Shown here piece by piece: positions 38,883 through 49,269 of a DNA stretch of 64,000 bases. The DNA lies in the NCBI GenBank assembly GCA_963977015.1, contig CAXBMO010000006.1:96001-160000 (forward strand), written 5' to 3'. The translations under genes and the position numbers were made by a program. Numbering within the stretch: position 1 is the first letter of the stretch; every line of letters starts with the position of its first letter. Under the pieces are notes generated by a model that worked only from the letters and a program-made list of their open reading frames with translations, was not told where the DNA came from and ran no database searches. This stretch comes from an uncultured bacterium. Lineage in GTDB: Bacteria > Verrucomicrobiota > Verrucomicrobiia > Verrucomicrobiales > DEV007.

Positions 38883-39878
38883 ATGAAATACGAAGAGCTT
38901 CACCGCATTTATCATCAACCCTTCTTTGAATTGCTGAAACAGGGGCGTGCCGTTCACGAGGAGAATTGGCCGGAGAACGAGGTGCAGCTTTGCACGTTGC
39001 TCAGCATCAAAACGGGCGGTTGCAGCGAGGATTGCTCCTATTGCGCGCAGAGCGCTCGCTATTCCACCGGCGTTGAGTCGGAGCGGTTGATGGAAAAATG
39101 CGACATCATGGAACGCGCCAAGCAGGCCCGCGACAATGGTTCGACCCGTTTCTGCATGGGCGCGGCGTGGAAGGGCGTTCGCGAAGGAACCAAGCGTTTT
39201 GATCAGGTGCTCGAGATCGTGAACGACGTTTCCCAACTCGGCATGGAAGTCTGTGTCACGCTGGGGGAACTCGGCGCGGAAGAAGCCAGGAAGCTGAAGG
39301 AAGCCGGCGTCACGGCCTACAATCACAACGTGGATACGTCCCCGGAGCATTACGAAAACATCGTCACCACGCACACGTTTCAGGATCGTCTCAACACGAT
39401 TCGCCACGTCCAGGACGCGGGCATGAGCGTTTGCTGTGGCGGAATCCTCGGTCTCGGTGAGACGACGGACGATCGCCTGAAAATGTTGGAGGTGATCAGC
39501 GAATTCAACCCGCAACCGGAGAGCGTGCCGATCAACAGCCTGATGCCGATGCCAGGAACGCCGATGGAAGGGTCCGATCCGGTCACGAACTTCGATCTCA
39601 TCCGCATGATTGCGACCACGCGAATCGCGGTGCCCAAGGCGAAGGTGCGCCTCTCAGCCGGCCGGACCCAGATGAGCGAGGAAACCCAGACGCTTTGCTT
39701 CTTTGCCGGTGCGAACTCGATTTTCTACGGCGAGAAACTGCTCACCGCCGGAAATCCCGGAACGAAGCAGGATCTCGAACTGATTGCGAAGCTGGATTTG
39801 CGGCCGCAAGCACCGAATCGCGATCTTGAAGCCCCCGAGGCGGAAGGATCCAAGGATCTGGAGCCGGCTTTGGCCTAG
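38883..39878 (+). CDS. bioB: Biotin synthase
   Basis: IKTGGCSEDCSYCAQS radical SAM motif, YNHNVDTS, ESVPIN, RLSAGR, AGANSIFYGEKLLT. Confidence 0.97.
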   Translation: MKYEELHRIYHQPFFELLKQGRAVHEENWPENEVQLCTLLSIKTGGCSEDCSYCAQSARYSTGVESERLMEKCDIMERAKQARDNGSTRFCMGAAWKGVREGTKRFDQVLEIVNDVSQLGMEVCVTLGELGAEEARKLKEAGVTAYNHNVDTSPEHYENIVTTHTFQDRLNTIRHVQDAGMSVCCGGILGLGETTDDRLKMLEVISEFNPQPESVPINSLMPMPGTPMEGSDPVTNFDLIRMIATTRIAVPKAKVRLSAGRTQMSEETQTLCFFAGANSIFYGEKLLTAGNPGTKQDLELIAKLDLRPQAPNRDLEAPEAEGSKDLEPALA

Positions 39879-40783
39879 ACCGGGCTAGACTTATCGAGAA
39901 GGCGAGTTCCTTCGGTTTTGGTCAGTTCGGTGAAGAGGTCGCTCAGGCGGGCGGTGAGATTGCCGGGTGCGAATTCGGTTTCGTCGATTCGCACGACGGG
40001 CGCCAGTTCGCCCATGGTTCCGGTGCAGAACACTTCGTCGGCTGCGTGAATTTCAGCTTCCGGGATGTGGCGAACCTCGTGAGGAATCCCGTGTTGTGCG
40101 CAAAGATTGAGCACGGTGGAACGGGTGATCCCTTCGGGACAGGCATCGGTCGTGGAAGTCAGCACCGTCCCACCTTTGACGAGAAAAACGTGGGTCGCGT
40201 TGGTTTCGGCGAGATTGCCGTCGGTATCGAGCATGAGCGCGTCATCCGCACCGGCGGCATTCGCTTCGAGCTTTGCCAGGATTGAGGTTAGCTGATTGCA
40301 GGAGTGGATGTGCTGGTTGAGGACATTGGCGAATGGGCGTCGAGTTTTTGCGGTGGCAAGGGTGACGCCGCTCTTGTCGTAGACCGGGGGTTTGTGTTCG
40401 GCGAGGATGAAGAAGGAGCAGCCGAGTTGATTGATGCGCGGATCGAGACCGGAGGTGTATTTTTCGCCGCGGCTGACGGTGAGGCGGATGTGGACCTCGT
40501 CGCGCATCGCGTTGGCCTCAAGGGTGCGGCGCAGTTCGTCGATGAGGCGCGTTTCTCCCGGGTAGCCTTCGTAACTCAGCAGGGTTGCGCTCTTGCGAAG
40601 CCGGGCGAGATGCTCGTCGAGTTTGAAGATGCGCCCATCGTAGAGACGAAGCCCTTCCCAGACCGCGTCTCCGTTCTGGACCGACGAATCAAACGGGCTG
40701 ACGCCGGCCTGGTCGCGGTGCATGAGGTTGCCGTTGATGTTGACGATGAGATCGCGATTGGCGGGGTTGTTGGCTTGGAGCAT
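39875..40783 (-). CDS. Class IV PLP aminotransferase family protein with atypical active site
   Basis: SPFDS..QNGDAVWEGLR, HLARL, EGITR, ADEVFCTGT; IHSCNQL where KS.N is expected. Confidence 0.85.
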   Translation of the reverse strand: MLQANNPANRDLIVNINGNLMHRDQAGVSPFDSSVQNGDAVWEGLRLYDGRIFKLDEHLARLRKSATLLSYEGYPGETRLIDELRRTLEANAMRDEVHIRLTVSRGEKYTSGLDPRINQLGCSFFILAEHKPPVYDKSGVTLATAKTRRPFANVLNQHIHSCNQLTSILAKLEANAAGADDALMLDTDGNLAETNATHVFLVKGGTVLTSTTDACPEGITRSTVLNLCAQHGIPHEVRHIPEAEIHAADEVFCTGTMGELAPVVRIDETEFAPGNLTARLSDLFTELTKTEGTRLLDKSSPV

Positions 40784-40850
40784 GGGGTCAGGCAAGGTTG
40801 GTGCTGAGTTTCCGGTGTTCAAATGCGGATTTTGCGCAACGGTCAAAGGC

Positions 40851-41270
40851 GTGACCCGAACCCTTGCCAGTATTGAAGAGACCTTTGCCTTTGGGCGCGA
40901 GATCGCCAACGCGCTCTCGGCCGGTGATGTGATTGCGTTGGTCGGAGACCTTGGCGCGGGAAAAACGCATCTGACCAAGGGCATTGTCGCCGGGCTGGGG
41001 TCGGACGCGGAAGTGACGAGCCCGACGTTCACGCTCGTTCACGAATATGGCGACGGGCGGCTTCCCGCGTTTCACTTCGACTTCTATCGCCTCGATCATC
41101 CGGACGAACTTCTCGCGATCGGCTGGGATGAGTATTGCGAGAGCGACGGAGTGGTGATTGTGGAATGGGCGGACAAGTTTCCCGATCTCATTCCCGGCGG
41201 CGCGACCTGGTGGACGCTGCGGATCGATGGCGAAGCTCGGGTGGCAACCTCGAGCGACACATTTTCATGA
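40851..41270 (+). CDS. tsaE: t6A biosynthesis ATPase TsaE
   Basis: LVGDLGAGKT, VTSPTFTLV.EY, HFDFYRL, IVEW. Confidence 0.95.
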   Translation: MTRTLASIEETFAFGREIANALSAGDVIALVGDLGAGKTHLTKGIVAGLGSDAEVTSPTFTLVHEYGDGRLPAFHFDFYRLDHPDELLAIGWDEYCESDGVVIVEWADKFPDLIPGGATWWTLRIDGEARVATSSDTFS

Positions 41271-41342
41271 CGCTGACATCTCTTTTACAACTTCCTTACG
41301 CCCGTCTGACGCTTTCCGCGTCAAATTGAGCATGCTGTCTGC

Positions 41343-42755
41343 ATGATGAAACGAATCACTACCTCACTTGTCGCCCTTTTGGCTCTTTCCGGAATTTCGG
41401 AGGCCAGGCAAGTCCAAATGGATGTTGCGCTCGCCAATCCGTTTCTGGAAGCCGGCAAAAAGAACACGACGTATCTGAAGGTCGGCTTGACCGGCTTTGA
41501 AATGGCGGATGATCAGGAGCGAACGCCCGTCAATGTCGCGCTCGTGATCGATAAATCCTCGTCCATGGGCGGCGAAAAAATCGCGCAAGCCCGCAATGCC
41601 GCAAAGATGGCCATCGAGCGACTGCGCGAGGACGACATCGTCTCGATCGTGACCTACGATTCAAACGTCCAGGTTTTGGTGCCGGCGACGAAGTTGACCG
41701 ACAAGGCGGAGGTTTTGCGGCGAATCGATGAAATACAGGCGGGAGGATCGACCGCGTTGTTTGCCGGGGTGAGCAAGGGCGCCGCTGAGTTGCGCAAGTT
41801 TCTCGCCAACGATCGGGTCAATCGGGTGATCCTGCTGTCCGATGGTCAGGCCAACGTCGGGCCGAAGTCTCCGGGAGAGTTGGGGGAGCTGGGCGAGTCG
41901 CTCGTGAAGGAAGGGATCTCGGTTTCCACGATTGGTCTGGGATTGGGTTACAACGAAGACCTGATGGTCAAACTCGCGTTCAAGAGCGATGGCAATCACA
42001 TCTTTGTGGAGGATGAAGACCAACTGGTCGGGATTTTTGACGAAGAGTTTGGCGACATCCTTTCCGTGGTTGCGCAGGAAGTCGTTGTCGAAATCGAGTG
42101 TGCTCCGGGAATTCGTCCGGTTCGGATGCTTGGACGTGAGGCCGATATTTCCGGGCAACGGGTAATCACCATGTTGAACCAAATCTACAGCGGTCAGGAA
42201 AAATACATCCTGCTCGAGGTCGAGGTTCCTGTGGGCAGGCCTGATGCGACCCTTCAGGTGGCGACCGTGAACGTGGCCTACGCCAACATGTCAACGCAGA
42301 CGACCGACGAATTGGCGAGCACGTTGGGAGTTCGTTTCACCGCTTCGGCGGAACTCGCGGCAAGCGAGGCCAATGAAGAAGTGATGGAAGCTTCCGTGTT
42401 ATTGATCGCGACCGATCGCAATAAGTTGGCGGTGAAACTGCGCGACGAGGGCAAAGTGAAAGAGGCAAAGGTCCTTTTGACCGAAAATGCGATTTACCTG
42501 GAAGAGAATGCACAGGTCCTGGAATCGAAGCAGTTGGCCGATTACGCGGTGAGCAATCGTGATGATGCGGACAACGTGGACAAGGACTGGGGACGTCAGC
42601 GCAAGGCGATGGTTCAGCAGGGATACACCAACACCGTCCAGCAAAAGGAGTCGCTGTCGATTGGGAGTCTCGGGAAGCGTCGCAGTGATGCCACAGCTCC
42701 GAATCCTCCCGCATCAAAGACGGATAAACCTCAACTCCAGAAGAAGTCGAAGTAG
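41343..42755 (+). CDS. Secreted vWA-domain protein
   Basis: Signal peptide; NVALVIDKSSSM MIDAS, GSTAL, LLSDGQAN, STIGLG. Confidence 0.88.
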   Translation: MMKRITTSLVALLALSGISEARQVQMDVALANPFLEAGKKNTTYLKVGLTGFEMADDQERTPVNVALVIDKSSSMGGEKIAQARNAAKMAIERLREDDIVSIVTYDSNVQVLVPATKLTDKAEVLRRIDEIQAGGSTALFAGVSKGAAELRKFLANDRVNRVILLSDGQANVGPKSPGELGELGESLVKEGISVSTIGLGLGYNEDLMVKLAFKSDGNHIFVEDEDQLVGIFDEEFGDILSVVAQEVVVEIECAPGIRPVRMLGREADISGQRVITMLNQIYSGQEKYILLEVEVPVGRPDATLQVATVNVAYANMSTQTTDELASTLGVRFTASAELAASEANEEVMEASVLLIATDRNKLAVKLRDEGKVKEAKVLLTENAIYLEENAQVLESKQLADYAVSNRDDADNVDKDWGRQRKAMVQQGYTNTVQQKESLSIGSLGKRRSDATAPNPPASKTDKPQLQKKSK

Positions 42756-42760
42756 ATGGA

Positions 42761-44317
42761 ATGAAGCCCCGTTTGCTCCTCATCTTTTTAACGATTGTGC
42801 TGGTCCCAGCCGGGTTGATTACCTGGCTGGGATTGCGCGTCAGTGAAGAGGAACAGCATCGCGAACGCCGTCAACTTCGGGCGCTCATGACCGATGCCCT
42901 GGTGAATACGCGAACGGGGATTGATCGACTGGTTCAAGATCGCGCCCAGCACATTTTTTCGATCATCGAACAGGCCGCTGTGGTTTCGGATGAAGAACGG
43001 CAAACCATCAGCCGGACCAATCCCTGGATTCGTCAGATTTTCGTGGTGACGGCTCGGGGAGAGTTTTTGTTCCCGAATGTGGATGAAGTTGCGAGGTTGA
43101 CCCGGCGTGAGCGCGACTTTTTTGAGCGATCGCAGGCGATGTGGGAATCGGGGCCCGATTTTGGAAATGGCGACGAAAAGGGGAGGGGGCAGAGCCGCGG
43201 CTGGCACACGTGGTATTGGAATGACGGTTTGCACATTCTCGCCTGGTCGCGGAATCTCAAAACCGGTCACATCGTGGGAGCCGAAATTGAACGCATGCGG
43301 CTTCTCTCCGATGTCCTAGCTTCGCTTCCGTCGCAGGGAACGGACGATGATCTGCCGGAGCAGGCGCGCATTCAGCTTCGGGATGTCTCCGGGCGTCTGC
43401 TTTATGCGTGGGGAGGTTTTGAGCCTGCCGAAAATAGTGAACCGATGACGGAGTTGAAGCTCAATGAACCTCTGGCCGGGTGGCGGTTGGAGTATTTCTC
43501 AAACCTGTCGATCTATCGCGACGCCGGCACGAGCAGTTTCGCGAGTTTTGCCTGGACGCTGGCGTTGACGATCGTGGCGTCGTTGGTTTTGGCGGCTTAT
43601 TTTTATCGGGAATACTGTCGCGAAATGCACGAGGCCGGTCAGCGGGTGACGTTTGTGAACCAGGTCAGCCATGAGCTGAAAACTCCGCTGACGAACATCC
43701 GGATGTATGCCGAGATGCTGGAAGCAAGAATGGATCCGGAGGATCAGGAAACCCGGCGGAGTGTGGAGGTGATTGTCGATGAGAGTCAGCGGCTGAGCCG
43801 GTTGATTAGCAATGTTCTGACCTTTTCGCGAGCTCGTCAGGACAAGTTGGAGATTCGAAAGAAAGCCGGAGTGGTGGACGAGGTCATCGCGAATGCGGTG
43901 GAGCATTTTCGTCCCGGTCTTGAGAAGCTTGGATTTGAGATCGAATTAGAGGGAGGCGCTTCCGGGAAATGCGGGTTTGATCCGGATGCTCTGGAGCAAA
44001 TTCTCATCAACTTGATCAGCAACGTGGAGAAGTATGCGCCGGAAGGGAAGTTTCTCGGGATTCGCAGCACCTTGAAGGGAGCGGAGTGCCGCATCGAAGT
44101 TTGCGATCGCGGGTCGGGAATTCCCGCGGGCCAGAATGAATGGGTTTTTCAGCCGTTCGAACGGTTGAGCGACAAGCTTTCCGATGCCGCCGGAACCGGA
44201 ATCGGATTGAACATCGCCCGGAATCTCGCCCGGATGCACGGCGGTGATGTCGTTGTGAAGACTGAGCAGGAGGCCGGCGCTTGTTTTGTGGTAACCATTA
44301 CTGTTGACCCGTTATGA
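42761..44317 (+). CDS. Membrane sensor histidine kinase
   Basis: Two TMs; VSHELKTPL H-box, NLISNVEKY, DRGSGI, GTGIGL. Confidence 0.93.
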   Translation: MKPRLLLIFLTIVLVPAGLITWLGLRVSEEEQHRERRQLRALMTDALVNTRTGIDRLVQDRAQHIFSIIEQAAVVSDEERQTISRTNPWIRQIFVVTARGEFLFPNVDEVARLTRRERDFFERSQAMWESGPDFGNGDEKGRGQSRGWHTWYWNDGLHILAWSRNLKTGHIVGAEIERMRLLSDVLASLPSQGTDDDLPEQARIQLRDVSGRLLYAWGGFEPAENSEPMTELKLNEPLAGWRLEYFSNLSIYRDAGTSSFASFAWTLALTIVASLVLAAYFYREYCREMHEAGQRVTFVNQVSHELKTPLTNIRMYAEMLEARMDPEDQETRRSVEVIVDESQRLSRLISNVLTFSRARQDKLEIRKKAGVVDEVIANAVEHFRPGLEKLGFEIELEGGASGKCGFDPDALEQILINLISNVEKYAPEGKFLGIRSTLKGAECRIEVCDRGSGIPAGQNEWVFQPFERLSDKLSDAAGTGIGLNIARNLARMHGGDVVVKTEQEAGACFVVTITVDPL

Positions 44318-44994
44318 AAGTTCTCGTTGCTGAAGATGATCCCAATACCCGCGAAGGGCTCCGCCAGATTCTCGCGGACGAAGGCTATGATGTGGTGACG
44401 GCGCCCAACGGAGAGGATGCGCTGGCTGTCTTTCAGTCGGACGGGCCTCAGGTGGTCTGCCTGGATGTGATGATGCCGAGAATGGATGGTTATGAAGTCT
44501 GCCGACGGATTCGCAAGACGGACGATGAGGTTGCGATCCTCTTTATCACCGCGAAGTCCGAAGAAATTGATGCGGTGTTAGGACTGGAGTTGGGCGCGGA
44601 CGACTTCATTCAGAAGCCGTTCGGCATCAAGGAGGTCGTCGCCCGGATTCGCGCGGTGACGCGGCGCGTTTACGCGAAGCGAGGATCGGAAAGCGCCGCG
44701 GAGTTCCGAATTGCGGACCTTGTCGTCAAGCCGGATCAGCTGCGGGCGTTTCGTGATGAGGAAGCCATGGAGTTGAGTTTGCGCGATGTGAAGATTCTCC
44801 AATTGCTCGTTGAGAATCAAGGCAAGGCGCTGAACCGCGATGTGTTTTTTGATGAGTGTTGGGGCTTTGATTACCTCCCGAACAGTCGAACTCTGGATCA
44901 ACACATTTCCCAGCTCCGGAAGAAGGTCGAAAAGGATCCCAAAGAGCCTGCCATCATCAAAACCGTTCACGGTGTGGGATATCGATACGAGTAA
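44314..44994 (+). CDS. OmpR-family response regulator
   Basis: AEDD, LDVMMP, GADDFIQKPF, SRTLDQHISQLRKK, TVHGVGY. Confidence 0.95.
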   Translation: MKVLVAEDDPNTREGLRQILADEGYDVVTAPNGEDALAVFQSDGPQVVCLDVMMPRMDGYEVCRRIRKTDDEVAILFITAKSEEIDAVLGLELGADDFIQKPFGIKEVVARIRAVTRRVYAKRGSESAAEFRIADLVVKPDQLRAFRDEEAMELSLRDVKILQLLVENQGKALNRDVFFDECWGFDYLPNSRTLDQHISQLRKKVEKDPKEPAIIKTVHGVGYRYE

Positions 44995-45034
44995 GTCGTT
45001 GTAAGGAAAGTTGCCGATGGTAGATCTGACCACC

Positions 45035-45481
45035 ATGAGCAACCTTCAAGAACTCGCCCTCGATCTGACCCAAGACGTTCCCCGTAGTCCGCGCGAAACG
45101 CTTGCCGGATATGTCGTCGCCGGACGCATGCTGGACAAATGCCGCGCGGTCGCAGCGGGAACGAATGGCGAATACCATTTCGACTGTCCGCTGGATAACC
45201 AGTTCCTTTCGTTCGCGGAGATCGCCGCGGAAGACTTCAAAAGCTTTGTCGCGACCGGCGCATCGGATGACGAAGTCGCGGATTGGATTCAGCAACATGC
45301 CAAACCCCGCGAGCGCCGGGAGATCATCGCCTGGAACAACAAAATGCGGGCAACGCGCCCCTGCGACATGCCGATCGAACTCCAGGAGTTTCTGGAAGGA
45401 TATATTCCCGAGGTGATTCCGACGGGGAAAATCGTCTACGTGTGGTTTGATGTCTACGACATCGAAGAGGGGCGAATCTGA
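45035..45481 (+). CDS. DUF5069-like protein
   Basis: PRSPRETLAG...RMLDKCRA...GEYHFDCPLD..FL.F. Confidence 0.75.
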   Translation: MSNLQELALDLTQDVPRSPRETLAGYVVAGRMLDKCRAVAAGTNGEYHFDCPLDNQFLSFAEIAAEDFKSFVATGASDDEVADWIQQHAKPRERREIIAWNNKMRATRPCDMPIELQEFLEGYIPEVIPTGKIVYVWFDVYDIEEGRI

Positions 45482-45595
45482 ATCTTGGGGCAAATTCTGG
45501 AAATTCGAAACTGATTCTTGACTTTGCGTCTCAGCAGCCAAAGGTTAGCAAATCGCCTAAACCCGACCAATCCTATAGGGAAATAGGTATTAACG

Positions 45596-46417
45596 ATGAC
45601 TCAGTCCAAAAAGAAGCGCTCGAAACGAAAGCTTGCCAAGAAGAAAAGCTCGGCAAAGTCCAAGTCTCCGACCCGTCGTGCTGCGGCGCCCAAGAAGTCT
45701 TTGGATCTCAAAGTCTCGACGGAAAGTCTCGAAAAAGTCAGTGCCGAAGAGCGGATCGCCTGGGCTCTGAAGCATTTTCCCACGCAAACCGTGGTTTCTT
45801 CCAGTTTTGGCGCGCAATCTGCAGTGAGTCTGCACATGGCGACGCAGTTGAAGCCGGATGTCCCAGTCGTTCTCATCGACACCGGCTACCTGTTCCCGGA
45901 GACCTACGATTTCATCGATCAATTGAAGGAGCGCCTGGATTTGAATCTTCGGGTCTTTAGTCCTGCGATGAGTCCGGCCTGGCAGGAGCGGCGTTACGGC
46001 AAGCTTTGGGAACAGGGGACGGAGGGCATCGAACGTTACAACCAAATGAACAAGGTCGAGCCCATGAATCGCGCCATTGAGGAATTGAAGGCGAAGGTCT
46101 GGATTTCGGGGGTTCGCCGCGATCAAAGCGACACGCGAGGCCAAATGGACGTGCTCGGGGTCAAGAATGGAACGCTGCGGGTTCACCCGATCATTGATTG
46201 GAATGACAAGGATATTTACGACTATCTCACGAAACACGATCTGCCGTATCACCCACTTTGGGAGCAGGGCTACATTTCGATCGGAGATTGGCACACTTCC
46301 CACAAATTGACGGATTTACAGAATCCCAACGACGCCCGTTTCTTTGGTTTGAAGCGGGAATGCGGATTGCACGAAGACACTGAAACCGCTGCGCAAGCTG
46401 GCGATTACATGATTTAG
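45596..46417 (+). CDS. cysH: PAPS reductase with Lys-rich N-terminal extension
   Basis: [42 protein letters not shown]; no Fe-S CC/CxxC motif. Confidence 0.93.
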   Translation: MTQSKKKRSKRKLAKKKSSAKSKSPTRRAAAPKKSLDLKVSTESLEKVSAEERIAWALKHFPTQTVVSSSFGAQSAVSLHMATQLKPDVPVVLIDTGYLFPETYDFIDQLKERLDLNLRVFSPAMSPAWQERRYGKLWEQGTEGIERYNQMNKVEPMNRAIEELKAKVWISGVRRDQSDTRGQMDVLGVKNGTLRVHPIIDWNDKDIYDYLTKHDLPYHPLWEQGYISIGDWHTSHKLTDLQNPNDARFFGLKRECGLHEDTETAAQAGDYMI

Positions 46418-46419
46418 AA

Positions 46420-47028
46420 ATGGCTGAAGGAGAACACATTCATCCCGTTTTTGACCGCATGATTGGTCGCGAGGCCAAAGAGAAGCGACTGGGCCAGCGT
46501 GGAATGGTTATTTGGCTCTACGGACTTTCGGGATCCGGGAAATCGACCCTGGCCATCGCGCTCGAAAAGGCGCTGGCCGAAGAGGGCGTGTTTACCCAGA
46601 TTCTGGATGGCGACAACATTCGGACCGGGCTGAACGGGAATCTGGGATTCAGTGATGAAGACCGGAAAGAGAACATTCGCCGGATCTCCGAGGTCGCGAA
46701 GCTCTTCGCGCAAGCCGGGGTGGTGACCATCACCTCCTTTATCACGCCAAAGATTGAACTCCGCGAATCGGCCCGCGAAATCGTCGGGAAAGACGATTTC
46801 CTCGAAGTCTACGTTCGCGCCAGTTTCGAGACCTGCGCCGAGCGCGATCCCAAAGGCCTTTACGCCAAAGCCAAAGCTGGCGAAGTGAAGCAATTCACCG
46901 GGAAAGATTCATCGTTCGAAGAGCCGGAAGCTCCGGATCTCTTCATCGATACTGAAAATGCCTCCATTGAAGAATCCTTGAACCAACTCCTTGAGGTGGT
47001 TCGACCAAGAATCCAACAGACAACCTAA
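46420..47028 (+). CDS. cysC: Adenylyl-sulfate kinase
   Basis: GLSGSGKST, LDGDNIR, RDPKGLY, FTG. Confidence 0.96.
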   Translation: MAEGEHIHPVFDRMIGREAKEKRLGQRGMVIWLYGLSGSGKSTLAIALEKALAEEGVFTQILDGDNIRTGLNGNLGFSDEDRKENIRRISEVAKLFAQAGVVTITSFITPKIELRESAREIVGKDDFLEVYVRASFETCAERDPKGLYAKAKAGEVKQFTGKDSSFEEPEAPDLFIDTENASIEESLNQLLEVVRPRIQQTT

Positions 47029-47031
47029 GAC

Positions 47032-47937
47032 ATGCACGGATACACCGTCACACACCTGAAACAGCTCGAGTCCGAAGCCATTTATGTGCTTCGCGAAACC
47101 GCAGCACAATTCGAGAAACCCGCATTGCTCTTTAGTGGAGGCAAGGACTCGATCGTCATGGCCCACCTCGCCCGGAAGGCCTTTCACCCCGCAAAACTCC
47201 CGTTCCCCCTGGTTCACGTTGATACCGGGCACAACTTTGAGGAGACCATGACGTTCCGCGACCAGTTCGTGGAAGAAGTTGGTGCCCGCCTGGTTGTCGG
47301 AAGCGTTCAACAATCGATCGACGAAGGAAAAGTCGCTGAAGAAAAAGGGCCGAATGCGAGCCGGAACCGTCTTCAGATCACGACGTTGCTCGATACCTTG
47401 GCCGAGAACGAATATGACGCAGCCTTGGGTGGTGGACGACGTGACGAAGAGAAGGCGCGGGCCAAGGAACGCTTCTTTTCCCATCGCGATGACTTCGGTC
47501 AATGGGATCCAAAGAACCAGCGTCCCGAGTTGTGGAATATCTTCAACGGTCGCCATCTCCAGGGTGAGCACTTCCGCGTGTTTCCGCTTAGCAACTGGAC
47601 GGAGATGGACGTGTGGCAATACATCAAGATGGAAGAGATTCCCTTGCCGATGCTTTACTTCGCTCACGAGCGTCCCGTGGTTGCCCGGGGTGGCACCTAC
47701 CTGGCGTTGACGGATTTCATCACCGTTGCCGATGATGAGAAAGTCGAGACCAAGCAGATTCGATTCCGGACCATCGGGGACGCCACCTGCACTGGTGCGG
47801 TGGAGTCCGATGCCGACACGGTCGACAAGATTATCGACGAAGTGGCTGCCGCACGGCAAACCGAGCGGGGAACCCGCGCTGACGACAAGCGCTCCGAAAC
47901 CGCCATGGAGGATCGCAAGAAGGAAGGATATTTCTAG
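47032..47937 (+). CDS. cysD: Sulfate adenylyltransferase subunit 2
   Basis: LESEAI, SGGKDS, RRDEEKARAKER, KNQRPELW, KKEGYF. Confidence 0.97.
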   Translation: MHGYTVTHLKQLESEAIYVLRETAAQFEKPALLFSGGKDSIVMAHLARKAFHPAKLPFPLVHVDTGHNFEETMTFRDQFVEEVGARLVVGSVQQSIDEGKVAEEKGPNASRNRLQITTLLDTLAENEYDAALGGGRRDEEKARAKERFFSHRDDFGQWDPKNQRPELWNIFNGRHLQGEHFRVFPLSNWTEMDVWQYIKMEEIPLPMLYFAHERPVVARGGTYLALTDFITVADDEKVETKQIRFRTIGDATCTGAVESDADTVDKIIDEVAAARQTERGTRADDKRSETAMEDRKKEGYF

Positions 47938-47986
47938 GCCGACGCGATATTCCCAATCTGAAATTGAACCATTTTATACTGAAGAC

Positions 47987-49264
47987 ATGAGCGAAGACAC
48001 AAAAGGATACCTCGACATGGACCTCCTGCGGTTCACCACTGCAGGAAGCGTCGATGACGGAAAATCCACCCTAATTGGACGACTGCTTTACGACTCCAAA
48101 GCGATTTTTGAAGATCAACTCGATGCGATGGAACGCGTTTCCCAAAATCGGGGAGACGAAAACATGGACCTGGCGTTGTTGACCGATGGTTTGCGTGCCG
48201 AGCGCGAGCAGGGCATCACCATTGACGTGGCGTATCGTTACTTTGCGACGCCGAAACGCAAGTTCATCATTGCGGACACTCCGGGCCACATTCAATACAC
48301 ACGGAACATGGTTACGGGAGCTTCCACCGCCGATCTCGCGATCGTTTTGGTGGATGCGCGAAAGGGGGTGATTGAGCAAACCTGCCGTCACGCCTTTATT
48401 GCCAGCCTTCTGCGGATTCAGCACGTCGTCGTAGCGATCAACAAGATGGATTTGGTCGACTATGCGGAAGAGACGTTCGAGAAGATCAAAGAGGAGTTTG
48501 AGGACTTTGCGTCCCGGCTCGAAAACTTGGTCGAAGTCACCTTCATCCCGATCAGTGCGTTGAAAGGGGACAACGTCGTCGACAAGTCCGACCAAATGCC
48601 ATGGTATAAGGGGCCACCGCTTCTCTACCACTTGGAAACCGTCTACATTGGAGCGAACGAGAACCATGTTGACGCCCGATTCCCGGTTCAATGGGTGATT
48701 CGTCCCCAGAGCGACCAATTCCACGATTTTCGTGGCTACGGTGGTCGGGTCGCAGGCGGCGTTTTCAAACCTGGAGACGAGGTCACGGTCTTGCCTTCCG
48801 GATTCAATTCCAAGGTTAAGTCGGTGGAGTGCTACAACGATAGTCTCGAGGAAGCTTACGCCCCGTTGTCTGTGACGATGACTCTCGAAGATGAGATCGA
48901 CATCAGCCGCGGCGACATGATTGCCAAGCCGAACAATCAACCTGAGGTTTCCCAGGATATTGACGCAATGATCTGCTGGTTCAGTGAAGCCAAGAAGCTT
49001 CAGCAGCGTGGCAAATACGTGCTGCGACACACCACCAAAGAGGTGAAGGCGATCGTGAAGGATGTTCGTTACAAGGTGAACATCAATAATCTGCACAAAA
49101 TCGAGGACGATTTGGAGTTCTCTCTGAACGATATCGGTCGAATCTCGATCCGGACCTCGGCTCCGCTGTTCTACGATCGCTATCGACGCAACCGCAACAC
49201 GGGGAGTTTCATCCTGATCGATGAAGCGACCAATGAAACGGTCGCGGCCGGAATGATCGTATAA
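47987..49264 (+). CDS. cysN: Sulfate adenylyltransferase subunit 1 (GTPase)
   Basis: TAGSVDDGKSTLIGRLL, EREQGITIDVAYRYF, DTPGH, NKMD. Confidence 0.97.
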   Translation: MSEDTKGYLDMDLLRFTTAGSVDDGKSTLIGRLLYDSKAIFEDQLDAMERVSQNRGDENMDLALLTDGLRAEREQGITIDVAYRYFATPKRKFIIADTPGHIQYTRNMVTGASTADLAIVLVDARKGVIEQTCRHAFIASLLRIQHVVVAINKMDLVDYAEETFEKIKEEFEDFASRLENLVEVTFIPISALKGDNVVDKSDQMPWYKGPPLLYHLETVYIGANENHVDARFPVQWVIRPQSDQFHDFRGYGGRVAGGVFKPGDEVTVLPSGFNSKVKSVECYNDSLEEAYAPLSVTMTLEDEIDISRGDMIAKPNNQPEVSQDIDAMICWFSEAKKLQQRGKYVLRHTTKEVKAIVKDVRYKVNINNLHKIEDDLEFSLNDIGRISIRTSAPLFYDRYRRNRNTGSFILIDEATNETVAAGMIV

Positions 49265-49269
49265 ATTTC

